Shown: positions 47,692 to 57,838, numbered from the stretch's first letter. The stretch: DNA of 64,000 nucleotides from Candidatus Magasanikiibacteriota bacterium (GCA_003482855.1 DMXO01000004.1:141464-205463); one strand, 5' to 3'. Notes: generated from the sequence alone by a model not told the origin. Program-made: numbers and translations.

Positions 47692-48285
47692 ATGTATAGG
47701 AGGTATACTAGGAAAAGAAATCGTTTATTTGGTTTTGATTATAGAAACAGACGGTATTATTTTATTACCATATGTACAGAGGATAAGATGTCATTTTTTG
47801 GTGGTGTGTACAATGGAATTATGTGTGTGAACCGTTTGGGTTCGGTCATATATCGTCAATGGGAATGGTTGGAACAACAATATAATTACATACGGTTGTA
47901 TGGGTTTGTCGTAATGCCAAATCATGTGCATGGGATATTGGAAATCGTTGGACCGGAATCCGTAGGGACAGGTCGCGATCGTGGTATTCAAACGAATGTT
48001 GATAATGAAATGAACCGTGTAGGGACAGGTCTAGACCTGTCCCTACACGCGCCCGGTTCATGCAAAATATTATCATTATCACATATTATTGGTGCATTCA
48101 AAACAACGTCATCGAAACGTATCCACGAAATTGGGTTTTCACCATTCAAATGGCAACGGTCATTTTATGATAATATTATTCGAGACAAAATTGCATTTCA
48201 TAATATACAACGATATATTATAAATAACCCGCCGATGTGGCATCGTGACCGGAATAATCGCCTTGATTTTTATACCACAAATTGA
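47692..48285 (+). mobile_element. IS200/IS605-family HUH tyrosine transposase, RAYT-like (CDS)
   Basis: YYFITICTEDK ... MPNHVHGILEI (HUH) ... FKWQRSFYDNIIRD (catalytic Tyr region); about 35-aa GC-rich insertion after HUH; listed ORF from 47554 begins with non-homologous GTG-initiated upstream extension. Confidence 0.65.
47961..48058 (+). repeat. GTAG-headed GC-rich palindrome inside RAYT coding sequence
   Basis: gtagggacaggtc ... gtagggacaggtctagacctgtccctac (28-bp perfect palindrome). Confidence 0.85.
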
Positions 48286-48317
48286 TACAATGCATACGTT
48301 AATTTAGCAAAATATAT

Positions 48318-50084
48318 ATGTCTTATCGAACACATACGTGTGGAGAATTAACCAAAAAACATGTCAGCAAGCAGGTCATCTTGTCTGGCTGGGTGCATAG
48401 ACGCCGCAATCTCGGTGGTCTTATTTTTATTGATCTTCGCGATAGGTATGGTATGACCCAGGTCATATTCAATCCAGATGTCACACACAATTATGATATC
48501 GCAGAAAAGCTCAAGTATGAGTATGTGGTGAGCGTAAAAGGGAACGTAGAAAGTAGAAAGAAAGAAAATATCAATTCTGATTTGGCAACAGGAGAAATCG
48601 AGGTCATTGCGCAGGAAGTAGAGATATTGAGTGAAGCAAAGACATTACCATTTGAGATTTTTGACGCACACAAAGAAGCAGAAGACGAAGAATTGCGTCT
48701 CAAGTATCGATATTTAGAATTGCGTCGAGAAAAATTGCGTGACAATATCTTATTTCGCGCGCAGGTCGTGAAGTATATTCGTACCTATATGGAGGAGCGA
48801 GGATTTATTGATATTGCTACGCCGATTCTCACCGTGAGTTCGCCCGAGGGTGCACGCGATTTTTTGGTACCTTCACGATTGCATCCAGGCAAATTTTATG
48901 CACTGCCACAAGCACCACAACAATACAAGCAATTACTCATGGTCGCGGGGTTTGATAAGTACTACCAGATAGCGCCATGTATGCGTGATGAAGATGCACG
49001 CGCAGACCGCAGTCCTGGTGAATTTTATCAGCTTGACTGTGAAACAAGCTTTCTTACTCAGGATGAATTTTTTGATCTCATGGAACCTCTCTTTGTTGAA
49101 TTGACCGAGAAAGTAGCAAACAAAAAAGTATGGAAAAAACCATTTCCACGTATTCCTTTTAGACAAATCATGGAAGACTATGGTAGTGACCGACCGGATT
49201 TGCGTTATGATTTGAAGTTGGCTGATGTGAGTACATGGGCGCATGGAACTGATTTCAATGTATTCAAACAAGCAGAGTACGTGCGCATGCTTGTCGTACC
49301 TCAGGGGGATACATTTACACGCAAAGAAATTGATGACGAGTTCACCGACAAAGCAAAGCGCGCCGGAGCAAAAGGATTGGCATGGATGAAGTATGCGGAT
49401 GGGAAGTTTGAGGGCGGAGTGAGTAAATTTTTTGACGAAAAAAAGCTATCTGAGCTTTCTCAGCTGGCTAAGCTATCTAAGAATTCAATATTGTTTTTTG
49501 CTGCGGACACATGGGATGTTTCGTGCAAGGTTTTGGGTGGAGTACGTGAACTTGCAGCTCAGAAATTAAATTTGATTGATGAGAATGTTATCGCTTGGGC
49601 GTGGGTAGTAGATTTTCCAATGTATGAATTCAACGCAGAAACGAGCAAAGTGGACTTCGGACATAATCCATTCTCTATGCCACAAGGTGGTATGGAAGCA
49701 CTTGAAACCAGAGATCCTTTGGAAATTCTCGCATATCAATATGATATCATTGCCAATGGGTTTGAGCTGTCATCTGGTGCTGTGCGCAACAAAGATCCAA
49801 AAATTATGTACAAAGCGTTTGAAATAGCTGGGTATACAAAAGAGGATGTAGATGCCAAGTTTCATCACATGATCGATGCATTTGAATATGGCGCGCCTCC
49901 TCACTGTGGATTTGCACCCGGTATTGAACGTCTTACTATGGTTCTCAAAGGTGAGAAAAATATCCGTGCGGTTGTTCCATTCCCCAAAAATCAAAAAGCA
50001 GAAGAACCGATGATGGGGAGTCCGGCAGAGGTAGACAAGAAACAGCTTGATGAGTTGGGATTGAAGATCGTTGAGAAAAAATAG
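48318..50084 (+). CDS. aspS: Aspartate--tRNA ligase
   Basis: OB-fold N-terminus, CMRDEDARADRSPGEFYQLDCETSF motif 2, GAD insertion, GFAPGIERL motif 3, 588 aa. Confidence 0.92.
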   Translation: MSYRTHTCGELTKKHVSKQVILSGWVHRRRNLGGLIFIDLRDRYGMTQVIFNPDVTHNYDIAEKLKYEYVVSVKGNVESRKKENINSDLATGEIEVIAQEVEILSEAKTLPFEIFDAHKEAEDEELRLKYRYLELRREKLRDNILFRAQVVKYIRTYMEERGFIDIATPILTVSSPEGARDFLVPSRLHPGKFYALPQAPQQYKQLLMVAGFDKYYQIAPCMRDEDARADRSPGEFYQLDCETSFLTQDEFFDLMEPLFVELTEKVANKKVWKKPFPRIPFRQIMEDYGSDRPDLRYDLKLADVSTWAHGTDFNVFKQAEYVRMLVVPQGDTFTRKEIDDEFTDKAKRAGAKGLAWMKYADGKFEGGVSKFFDEKKLSELSQLAKLSKNSILFFAADTWDVSCKVLGGVRELAAQKLNLIDENVIAWAWVVDFPMYEFNAETSKVDFGHNPFSMPQGGMEALETRDPLEILAYQYDIIANGFELSSGAVRNKDPKIMYKAFEIAGYTKEDVDAKFHHMIDAFEYGAPPHCGFAPGIERLTMVLKGEKNIRAVVPFPKNQKAEEPMMGSPAEVDKKQLDELGLKIVEKK

Positions 50085-50089
50085 TTTAA

Positions 50090-50217
50090 AATTCACCTAA
50101 TTTACCTAAGTTTCAATTCACCTAATAAAATTTCCAATGCCTAATTTTTATTTTGTCATTTGAAATTTTATTAGAAATTAGGTGAATTAGGTAATTAGGT
50201 GAATTTTAGATGAATGT
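50090..50217. repeat. Inverted arrays of TTAGGTGAATT-type repeat
   Basis: aattcacctaatttacctaa...aattcacctaat on left vs aattaggtgaattaggtaattaggtgaatt on right. Confidence 0.8.
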
Positions 50218-50517
50218 ATGAAACTCAGTTTCCTGCAGCAATATATTTTGCTTGAAATGTCACAGAAGGGAGGACGCTTAGATCGAAAAATATTTCGGAC
50301 ATTTTACGAAACTCAAAATCTAAAATCCAAACAAAAATACCAAGAGCACATTATTACCCAAAGTCTTGAGCGTCTCATTGATAGAGGTTTTATCACTGGA
50401 TTTGGCAGACGTACACCACAAAAGTGGTTTATCACACAGGTGAGTTTGACTGTAAAAGGCAAAAAAGCTGTTCAAGAGATATATTGTCGTCGGCAGAAAA
50501 AACTTCCTTTAAATTAG
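50218..50517 (+). CDS. Small basic hypothetical protein, possible winged-helix DNA-binding
   Basis: 99-aa ORF flanked both sides by TTAGGTGAATT arrays. Confidence 0.4.
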   Translation: MKLSFLQQYILLEMSQKGGRLDRKIFRTFYETQNLKSKQKYQEHIITQSLERLIDRGFITGFGRRTPQKWFITQVSLTVKGKKAVQEIYCRRQKKLPLN

Positions 50518-50550
50518 GTGAATTAGATAATTAGGTGAATTAGAAATTTT
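50511..50550. repeat. TTAGGTGAATT repeat array (2.5 copies)
   Basis: aaattaggtgaattagataattaggtgaattagaaatttt. Confidence 0.8.
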
Positions 50551-50554
50551 ATGT

Positions 50555-51979
50555 ATGGTCTTTAGTTCACTTCTCTTCATTTTTGGATTTCTTCCAATAT
50601 TTTTGGGTCTTTATTATATGACGCCGGTACGATGGAGGAATATCACTGCCCTTGTGGGAAGTTGTTTTTTTTATGCGTGGGGAGCGCCACAGTTTATCTT
50701 TGTGTTGTGTGTGTCGAGTATTATAGATTATGTATTGAGCCGTATTATACACAAGACACATAGGAAAAAAGTTTTTCTTATTATTTCTCTCGTATTAAAT
50801 ATTGGCCTTCTCGGATACTTCAAGTATGCGAATTTTTTTGTTGGAGAATTCAATGATTTGCTTGGTCTTTTTGGGTTTACTGGCGCGCATTGGACATACA
50901 TTGCGTTACCTATAGGTATATCATTTTTTACATTTCAAAAAATAAGTTACCTCGTGGATGTATATCGAGGTACGACCACGCCCGCGCGCAATGTATTTGA
51001 TTTTCTGTTGTATGTTGTGCTTTTTCCTCAGCTTATTGCCGGCCCTATCGTACGGTATCATGATGTTGCTGAACAATTGAAAACACGTGTACATTCGCTT
51101 GAAAAAATATTTGAAGGTATATATCGGTTTTGTGTGGGACTTGGCAAGAAAGTGCTCATTGCCAATGTCATGGGCAGTGTTGCTGATAGTATCTTTGATC
51201 TTACCGGTTCTCCTGATATGACTCTATCATTTGCATGGGTCGGGATTATTGCGTATGCGCTCCAAATTTATTTTGATTTTGCGGGGTATTCAGACATGGC
51301 CATAGGATTGGGCAAAATGATGGGCTTTGACTTTCTTGAAAATTTCAATGCCCCATATATATCACAAACTATTACTGAATTTTGGCGACGATGGCACATT
51401 TCTCTTTCGCAATTTATGCGTGAGTATATCTATATACCGCTTGGAGGCAATCGTGTGTCATCGAGGCGTACGTATATCAATATGCTTATCATATTTTTTA
51501 TATCCGGTCTTTGGCATGGAGCAGCGTGGACATTTATTGTGTGGGGTGTGTACCATGGTATTTTTATATGTATAGACAAAATGTTTTGGGGTAGTATTTC
51601 CAAAAAACTCCCTAAAATTATAAATATAGGCATTACTTTTTTTATTGTTCTTGTCGGGTGGATTTTTTTTCGTTCAGAGACATTCGCGCAAGCTGGATAT
51701 TATCTACAAGCCATGTTTAGTCTCGCATCGTCGACGACAGATGTGTTGTGGGTAGATGTTATAGGGAATAGGGGATGGCTGGTATTTGCTCTCGGACTTT
51801 TCTTTAGTTTTATACCAGGGTTCAAGTTGTATGAATGGGTAGTTGGGAAATTAAAAACAAGTCAGCAAGGTTTTTTCCGTATATGTATAAAAGCATGCAC
51901 TGCTGGTTTATTGCTTGCGCTGTCTGTGTTGTCTTTGGCTAATGCAAGTTTTAATCCGTTTATTTATTTCAGGTTTTAG
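50555..51979 (+). CDS. MBOAT family membrane O-acyltransferase (AlgI/DltB/PatA-like)
   Basis: Polytopic; FWRRWHISLSQFMREYIYIPLGG and conserved His in LWHGAAWTF. Confidence 0.85.
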   Translation: MVFSSLLFIFGFLPIFLGLYYMTPVRWRNITALVGSCFFYAWGAPQFIFVLCVSSIIDYVLSRIIHKTHRKKVFLIISLVLNIGLLGYFKYANFFVGEFNDLLGLFGFTGAHWTYIALPIGISFFTFQKISYLVDVYRGTTTPARNVFDFLLYVVLFPQLIAGPIVRYHDVAEQLKTRVHSLEKIFEGIYRFCVGLGKKVLIANVMGSVADSIFDLTGSPDMTLSFAWVGIIAYALQIYFDFAGYSDMAIGLGKMMGFDFLENFNAPYISQTITEFWRRWHISLSQFMREYIYIPLGGNRVSSRRTYINMLIIFFISGLWHGAAWTFIVWGVYHGIFICIDKMFWGSISKKLPKIINIGITFFIVLVGWIFFRSETFAQAGYYLQAMFSLASSTTDVLWVDVIGNRGWLVFALGLFFSFIPGFKLYEWVVGKLKTSQQGFFRICIKACTAGLLLALSVLSLANASFNPFIYFRF

Positions 51980-51999
51980 GTAGGATTAGGTATTAGGTT

Positions 52000-53169
52000 A
52001 TGAAGAAAATATTATTTTTTATAATAATTGTCGCATTTCTTGCTGTATTATCTTTGCCATTGCTACAGATGAAATTTGATTTTGTCAAAGAGCAACAATT
52101 GGTTGGCGTATTTAGCTCGACCGAGCAGCCTATGTGGACCAAAGATAATTGGTTTGCAGGGAATTTCCAGGCCACGTCGACTTCGTGGTTTGAAGATAAT
52201 TTTGGTTTTCGCAGTTACCTTGTGAAGACAGACAATCAAATCAATTGGACGGTATTCAATGAAATTTCTTCGAAAACAAACACACGTCTTATTCGTGGGC
52301 TTGATAATTATCTATATGAGTATGCATATATAGATGAGTATAGCCGCCGTCCTGAAAAGAAAATTACAGATTTGGAGTGGGAAGTGCAGATGCTCAAGCG
52401 GTTTCAAGATGAACTCAAGAAACGTGGCATTGAGTTTTTATTCGTCATTAGCCCGAGCAAGGCAGCTCTCTATCCAGAGTATATCCCTGCTTCATATATA
52501 TTTGGTGATAGGCAATCTCTTTCCCGTAGTTATGATATTGTCGTTGATTATTTGGATACGTATGGCGTACAGTATATAGATGGGCATACGATTGTGCGTA
52601 ATATCAAAGATCAGACTGATTATGAAGTGTTTACAAAAGGAGGCACACATTGGAATTATTATGCTGCGTGCAAAGTGAATGAGCAGATCATTGGGAAATT
52701 AGAAATTTTGTTTGGTAAAAAAATGAATCATGTTGTGTGCGATCCACCCATAGTTGACACTGATGCATACGGTATGGACGAAGACCTCATAGGTCTTACC
52801 AATATTTGGACAGATGAAGATGTTGTAGGCTCTGTGCCACATCCGCCTCTGGATATTCAAGAGCCGAATAATACTTTTATTCCCAATATGCTATTTGTAG
52901 GAGATAGTTTTTCACATCCACTGTTGCAGGTGATGGACAATAGAGTATATCGATATCGAGAATTATTGTATTATTTCAAGCGTCGTATTACATTTGATAA
53001 TGGCGTATATAGCGAGACCACAGATGATATACTCAATTGGGAAAGAAATATAGGAGACAAGGATATTGTAATTCTTGAAAATAATGAGTCCTATATGCAC
53101 GACATAGGATTTGGATTTGTAGAATATGCGCTTACTATTTTGGAATCAGGAATGTATGACGACACATAA
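52000..53169 (+). CDS. AlgX/AlgJ-like SGNH-type O-acetyltransferase partner of MBOAT
   Basis: N-terminal signal/anchor; VISPSKAALYPE and GGTHW motifs. Confidence 0.5.
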   Translation: MKKILFFIIIVAFLAVLSLPLLQMKFDFVKEQQLVGVFSSTEQPMWTKDNWFAGNFQATSTSWFEDNFGFRSYLVKTDNQINWTVFNEISSKTNTRLIRGLDNYLYEYAYIDEYSRRPEKKITDLEWEVQMLKRFQDELKKRGIEFLFVISPSKAALYPEYIPASYIFGDRQSLSRSYDIVVDYLDTYGVQYIDGHTIVRNIKDQTDYEVFTKGGTHWNYYAACKVNEQIIGKLEILFGKKMNHVVCDPPIVDTDAYGMDEDLIGLTNIWTDEDVVGSVPHPPLDIQEPNNTFIPNMLFVGDSFSHPLLQVMDNRVYRYRELLYYFKRRITFDNGVYSETTDDILNWERNIGDKDIVILENNESYMHDIGFGFVEYALTILESGMYDDT

Positions 53170-54835
53170 AAAACAAAACATATTTGTCTTTTTGCTTCTT
53201 TGTTGTATTACATTCATACTGTGGATGCCCACACTTAAGCTTGGCTTTTTTAGTGATGATTATCATTTTTTGTATGTTACTTCTTTACAAGACAATGTCT
53301 GGAACTATTTTGTTACCAATAATGTAGGAGAAGCGACCGGCGGATCGTATGGGCCGATATTTAATATCCTATTTACATTACAGTATTATGTATTTCATAC
53401 GTGGGCATTTGGATTCCATGTAGTCACACTTCTCGTCTATGTATTGACCGCGTATATGATATATCGGTTTGTGTATGAAATAGTTGGTAAAAAATTAATT
53501 GGTTTTGTTTCTGCATTTTTGTTTATTACATTGCATAATCACGTGGAAGCAGTGTCATGGGTTGCAGTGCAACCTCATATATGGGCAACTTTTTTCTTTG
53601 TGCTTGGAATATATGCATATTATATTTTTGTTTTGAAGCACTCTAGGATAGCATATGGTGTATCTCTTCTGTCGTTGGGGTTGTCTCTCTTTACCAAAGA
53701 GACTGCAATCATGTTTCCACTTGTCTTGTGTCTCATGGAATTATTTTTTTCAAAATATGAAATTCTTTTGAAGCGTATATATCATATATGTATACGTCTT
53801 ATTCCTTATGGTATTGTTGGTTTATCTTTTTTGTATCTACGATATAGGATAGTCGGGTATGTATTTGGATATTATAGTGGAGGGCAAATAGAAGGAACAG
53901 ATTTTTTTTCGTACATGATCATGCGAGCAAAGATGTTTGTAGAAATTACTACTAACATGTTTGTATCATCCCCATATCGCCAGGTGGTTGCCTTATGGTT
54001 TGGTGATCACAAAGTTGTATTGGCGATTATATGTGTAGGCATTTTGATAATGACACATATGGTTCACCGCATGTATAGAAAGCAATTATGGTTTTTGTTG
54101 TTGTCGTATATATGCATGAGTGTGCCATTTTTGAGTCTTACCTATAACTCGGCGCATAACGGTGGAGAGCGATATGCATATGTACTATCTATATTTTTTG
54201 TCATGTACATGACACTGTTATTGAAAGCGATTACACAAGATAGGAGGGCGGGGAATATAATATACGGCGCAGGTATTGTTATATTAGTGTGTTCATCGCT
54301 TGCTTTTTTACCTCAGAAGCTGAATGCTTGGAATCAGAGCGCAGATGTTCGTGATCGTATATTTGATCAGATAACATCTCATGGGTATGAAAATACAGAA
54401 ATAGTGGACTATTTCGTGTTTGCGGGCTTGCCCGATAATGTACTCGGCGCTGAATGTATGAGAAATGCGGTGAAAGAAGCCTTGTATTTCGAGACGCCAT
54501 TTGGTTATATTTCAGGCGAGCGAATACCCATGTACACGATTCCACATGGTATCCAAGACGTGGCGTACATAACATACAAAAAAGAAGATACTATATATGT
54601 ATTGAGTCCTTTGAACCTTTACAACGGGCGTATTTTTACTGGTTTTAGGACGTACACAAGTGATGTAGTTTCACAGGCATATCTTGGCAATTTTTGGGTA
54701 GTTGATAACTCGGGGGAGAGTATCTCTGTCGCGTTTGATGCAGAGGATATACAGATGTATAGAGATCGGGGATATTACCTAACACTAGTTTATTTCGATG
54801 GCAAAGATGTGCAATTTGTCCCTGTAAAAGAGTAG
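53156..54835 (+). CDS. GT-C-type polytopic membrane glycosyltransferase-like protein (ArnT/PMT-like)
   Basis: 11-13 predicted TM, DD-containing first loop (FFSDDYHF); start taken at internal Met to limit overlap. Confidence 0.45.
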   Translation: MTTHKKQNIFVFLLLCCITFILWMPTLKLGFFSDDYHFLYVTSLQDNVWNYFVTNNVGEATGGSYGPIFNILFTLQYYVFHTWAFGFHVVTLLVYVLTAYMIYRFVYEIVGKKLIGFVSAFLFITLHNHVEAVSWVAVQPHIWATFFFVLGIYAYYIFVLKHSRIAYGVSLLSLGLSLFTKETAIMFPLVLCLMELFFSKYEILLKRIYHICIRLIPYGIVGLSFLYLRYRIVGYVFGYYSGGQIEGTDFFSYMIMRAKMFVEITTNMFVSSPYRQVVALWFGDHKVVLAIICVGILIMTHMVHRMYRKQLWFLLLSYICMSVPFLSLTYNSAHNGGERYAYVLSIFFVMYMTLLLKAITQDRRAGNIIYGAGIVILVCSSLAFLPQKLNAWNQSADVRDRIFDQITSHGYENTEIVDYFVFAGLPDNVLGAECMRNAVKEALYFETPFGYISGERIPMYTIPHGIQDVAYITYKKEDTIYVLSPLNLYNGRIFTGFRTYTSDVVSQAYLGNFWVVDNSGESISVAFDAEDIQMYRDRGYYLTLVYFDGKDVQFVPVKE

Positions 54836-54841
54836 TTATTC

Positions 54842-55561
54842 GTGATATACTATACTTCCTATAGTATGAATAAAATGATACTTATTATCCCGATTTTTAA
54901 CGGTGAGAAATATATACATGATACATGCAAAGAGCTTGAAAGTTTTTTTTTGGCGTCAGATTGTATTGAAAGTGTTATATTTGTAAATGATGGCAGTATT
55001 GATGGGACAAGAGAAGTTTTGGAAAGTATAAAGCAAACATATTCTTTTCCTCATACAGTATTTAGTTATGAAAAAAATAGAGGGAAAGGGTATGCAGTGG
55101 CGCATGCCGTTGCCCAAATCAATGGTGATTATGTGGGTTTCACTGATATAGAATTGCCTTATGGACTTCAACATATATCCGAAGGGCTGAGTAAACTCGC
55201 GTCATATGACATGGTTGTCGGAAGTCGAGAGATTGGGGCGCAGCGTTCAGGTTATAGGAGATGTATGAGTAAGATATTTCGTTTATTTTTACCGAGGGGT
55301 GTACGGAAAATAAATGACACACAGTGTGGTCTCAAATTTTTTCGGATTGATGTCGCCCGTGTTCTTTTTTCACATATCAAGACGTACCGATGGGTATTTG
55401 ACATAGAACTTTTTCTTCTCGCAGAAAAGAAAAAATATCATGTGTGTACGTTACCTGTAGTTATCAAAGAGGAATGTATAACCCCAAAAGGTGGAGTTTC
55501 ATTGTTGCGTGATGGAGTGAGGATTCTTTCCGATCTCTTACGTGTGAGAATGTATTATTAA
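54842..55561 (+). CDS. Glycosyltransferase family 2, polyprenyl-phosphate sugar synthase-like (GtrB/DPM1/ArnC-like)
   Basis: IIPIFNGEKYI ... VIFVNDGSIDGTREVL; start probably Met near 54866. Confidence 0.8.
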   Translation: MIYYTSYSMNKMILIIPIFNGEKYIHDTCKELESFFLASDCIESVIFVNDGSIDGTREVLESIKQTYSFPHTVFSYEKNRGKGYAVAHAVAQINGDYVGFTDIELPYGLQHISEGLSKLASYDMVVGSREIGAQRSGYRRCMSKIFRLFLPRGVRKINDTQCGLKFFRIDVARVLFSHIKTYRWVFDIELFLLAEKKKYHVCTLPVVIKEECITPKGGVSLLRDGVRILSDLLRVRMYY

Positions 55562-55563
55562 TT

Positions 55564-56265
55564 ATGAACAATATCCGTGTACAATTCAAAGAATTTGATG
55601 GTCCACTTGATTTGCTTTTGTCTCTTATTGATGAGAAAAAGATGGAAATTGGTCACGTGTCTATTTCCTCGGTTACCGAACCATTTTTGCAATATCTCGA
55701 TACGCTCGAAGAAAAGGATGCTCAAGAGCTCGCTGATTTTTTGGTTGTTGCAGCCAAGCTTCTTTTGCTCAAATCACGTACATTATTGCCTCAGCTTGAA
55801 GTGGATGAGGATGAAGGTATGAGTTTGGAGGATCAACTGCGTCTATATCGCCGTTTTGTTGAAGTTAGCAAGCAAATCAATACTATGTGGCTTGATGGCA
55901 CGAGAAAGGCATATGGGCGTGTAGAGCCTCCTATACGGCCAGAGCAGACGATACAGCCAGATAATCTGTCACAAGACACGTTGCGTCAATCTATGATACA
56001 ATTGGTACAACGTCTGGCTCCTCCCAAACCACTACCTGAGACGTACATTGATCGGACGGTTTCAATGAAAGAAAAGGTGGATATATTGCGTCGTTTACTT
56101 TCGAAAAGAGGTTCTCATATTAGTTTTTATGAATTCCTTGCAGACGCAAAGACAAAAACAGAGGTAATTGTGAGTTTTTTGGCAATTTTGGAATTGGTAA
56201 AGCAACATAGTGCGTCAGTCAATCAAATAAATAATTTTTCAGATATTATTATTGAAAAAATATAA
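55564..56265 (+). CDS. scpA: Segregation and condensation protein A
   Basis: FDGPLDLLLSLIDEKKMEI N-terminal signature. Confidence 0.85.
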   Translation: MNNIRVQFKEFDGPLDLLLSLIDEKKMEIGHVSISSVTEPFLQYLDTLEEKDAQELADFLVVAAKLLLLKSRTLLPQLEVDEDEGMSLEDQLRLYRRFVEVSKQINTMWLDGTRKAYGRVEPPIRPEQTIQPDNLSQDTLRQSMIQLVQRLAPPKPLPETYIDRTVSMKEKVDILRRLLSKRGSHISFYEFLADAKTKTEVIVSFLAILELVKQHSASVNQINNFSDIIIEKI

Positions 56266-56268
56266 TTT

Positions 56269-56799
56269 GTGTGTATGGTATCTTTAATTGAATCAATATT
56301 ATTTGTTGCTTCCAAGCCTTTGACAATACAAAAAATAGCCAAGGCATTAGGTGCGGATAATTCAAAAGTTGAGGAAGTGTTGCTTATACTTGAGCAGAAA
56401 TATACTGATACATCGGGTATACATATTAGTAGGGTTGGGGATAGTGTGCAGATGGTTACTAATCCGGACAATACTGACGTGGTAGAGAAATTTGTAAAAA
56501 ATGAAGTACAGGGTGAACTTACTAAGGCACAACTTGAAACCCTCACTGTAGTAGCATATCGTGGTCCTATCACGCGTCCTGAATTGGAAGAAATACGTGG
56601 GGTTAATTGCGCAGTAATTTTGCGTAATCTCATGATCCGCGGGTTGGTAGATGAACATGAAACAAAAGACAGCGTATTGCCCGTATATGAATTATCTATG
56701 GATGCTCTTCGTTTTTTGGGCGTGCGTGATGTCATTGAGTTGCCAGATTATCAATCATTTCAGCAACATGAGTCTCTAGATCAAGAACAACATGATTAA
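56269..56799 (+). CDS. scpB: Segregation and condensation protein B
   Basis: IESILFVASKPLTIQKIAKAL tandem winged-helix pattern. Confidence 0.85.
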   Translation: MCMVSLIESILFVASKPLTIQKIAKALGADNSKVEEVLLILEQKYTDTSGIHISRVGDSVQMVTNPDNTDVVEKFVKNEVQGELTKAQLETLTVVAYRGPITRPELEEIRGVNCAVILRNLMIRGLVDEHETKDSVLPVYELSMDALRFLGVRDVIELPDYQSFQQHESLDQEQHD

Positions 56800-57838
56800 T
56801 TTGATAGAAAAACATACCAATAATAATTTTTCGAATAAGTGGCGCAATATATCTGCTGTTTTTTTGATTATTGGAGTAGGATTTGGTTGGTTTTGGTATA
56901 CAGCTGGTGATCATACTACATATATAGAGAAGTACATTCGTGGTGAGAAATTGCAGGAGATGGGTGATGTTTCTGTTGAGAATAATGGAACAGGCATAGT
57001 AGGAGGAGATGTGGTGTTTGAGCCTATTCTTGATAAAGTCCCAGTTCTTGCTGCAGATTCCACAGCATTTGACACAGACATACTGACTGCAGATTCCATT
57101 TTGGTAAAAGATGTGCAAAGTGGCGCAGTGCTACTAAACAAAAATGAATATGCGAAACATTCTATTGCAAGCATTACCAAACTTATGACTGCTCTGGTCC
57201 TTCTTGAATACGATATAAACTGGAATGCTACGACGACAGTTATCGGTGCGGATAGCCTCGATACGCATATGTATGCAGGAGATATTTATATGTATGAAGA
57301 ATTGTGGAATGCTATGCTCATAGCTTCTTCAAATAAGGCCGCGTTGTCTCTGGTGGAGTCTATCAACGGGACAGAAGATGAGTTTGTTGTCCGTATGAAT
57401 AAAAGAGCGCAGGAGTTGGGACTTTCAGACACTGTTTTTACTGATGTTACGGGTATTGAAGATACCAATATATCGACCGCTTCTGATATAGTTATTTTGT
57501 TACAAGAAGCATTACGCCATCCACAAATTCAGGAAACATTATTGAAAAAAGAATACACTCTCTATTCAGAGCAACGACAAAAAGAACATCATATGTGGAG
57601 CACCAATTGGCTGATACTCGATGACCCAAATCCGTGGATTTATCATTCGTTTGATACTGTTTTGGGTGGAAAGACAGGATATATTGTTGCGGCCGGATTT
57701 AACTTTGTTGTTGAAGTAGAAAAAGGCGGACATCATATTGATGTCGTTGTACTCGGTGCGGATAGCAATGAAGCTCGATTTACTGAAGCGCGTGATGTAG
57801 GTGAATGGGTGTTTGATAATTATACGTGGGAGGAATAA
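56792..57838 (+). CDS. D-alanyl-D-alanine carboxypeptidase (peptidase S11, DacA-like)
   Basis: N-terminal TM; SITK (SxxK), SSNKAA (SxN), GKTGY (KTG). Confidence 0.85.
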   Translation: MINLIEKHTNNNFSNKWRNISAVFLIIGVGFGWFWYTAGDHTTYIEKYIRGEKLQEMGDVSVENNGTGIVGGDVVFEPILDKVPVLAADSTAFDTDILTADSILVKDVQSGAVLLNKNEYAKHSIASITKLMTALVLLEYDINWNATTTVIGADSLDTHMYAGDIYMYEELWNAMLIASSNKAALSLVESINGTEDEFVVRMNKRAQELGLSDTVFTDVTGIEDTNISTASDIVILLQEALRHPQIQETLLKKEYTLYSEQRQKEHHMWSTNWLILDDPNPWIYHSFDTVLGGKTGYIVAAGFNFVVEVEKGGHHIDVVVLGADSNEARFTEARDVGEWVFDNYTWEE

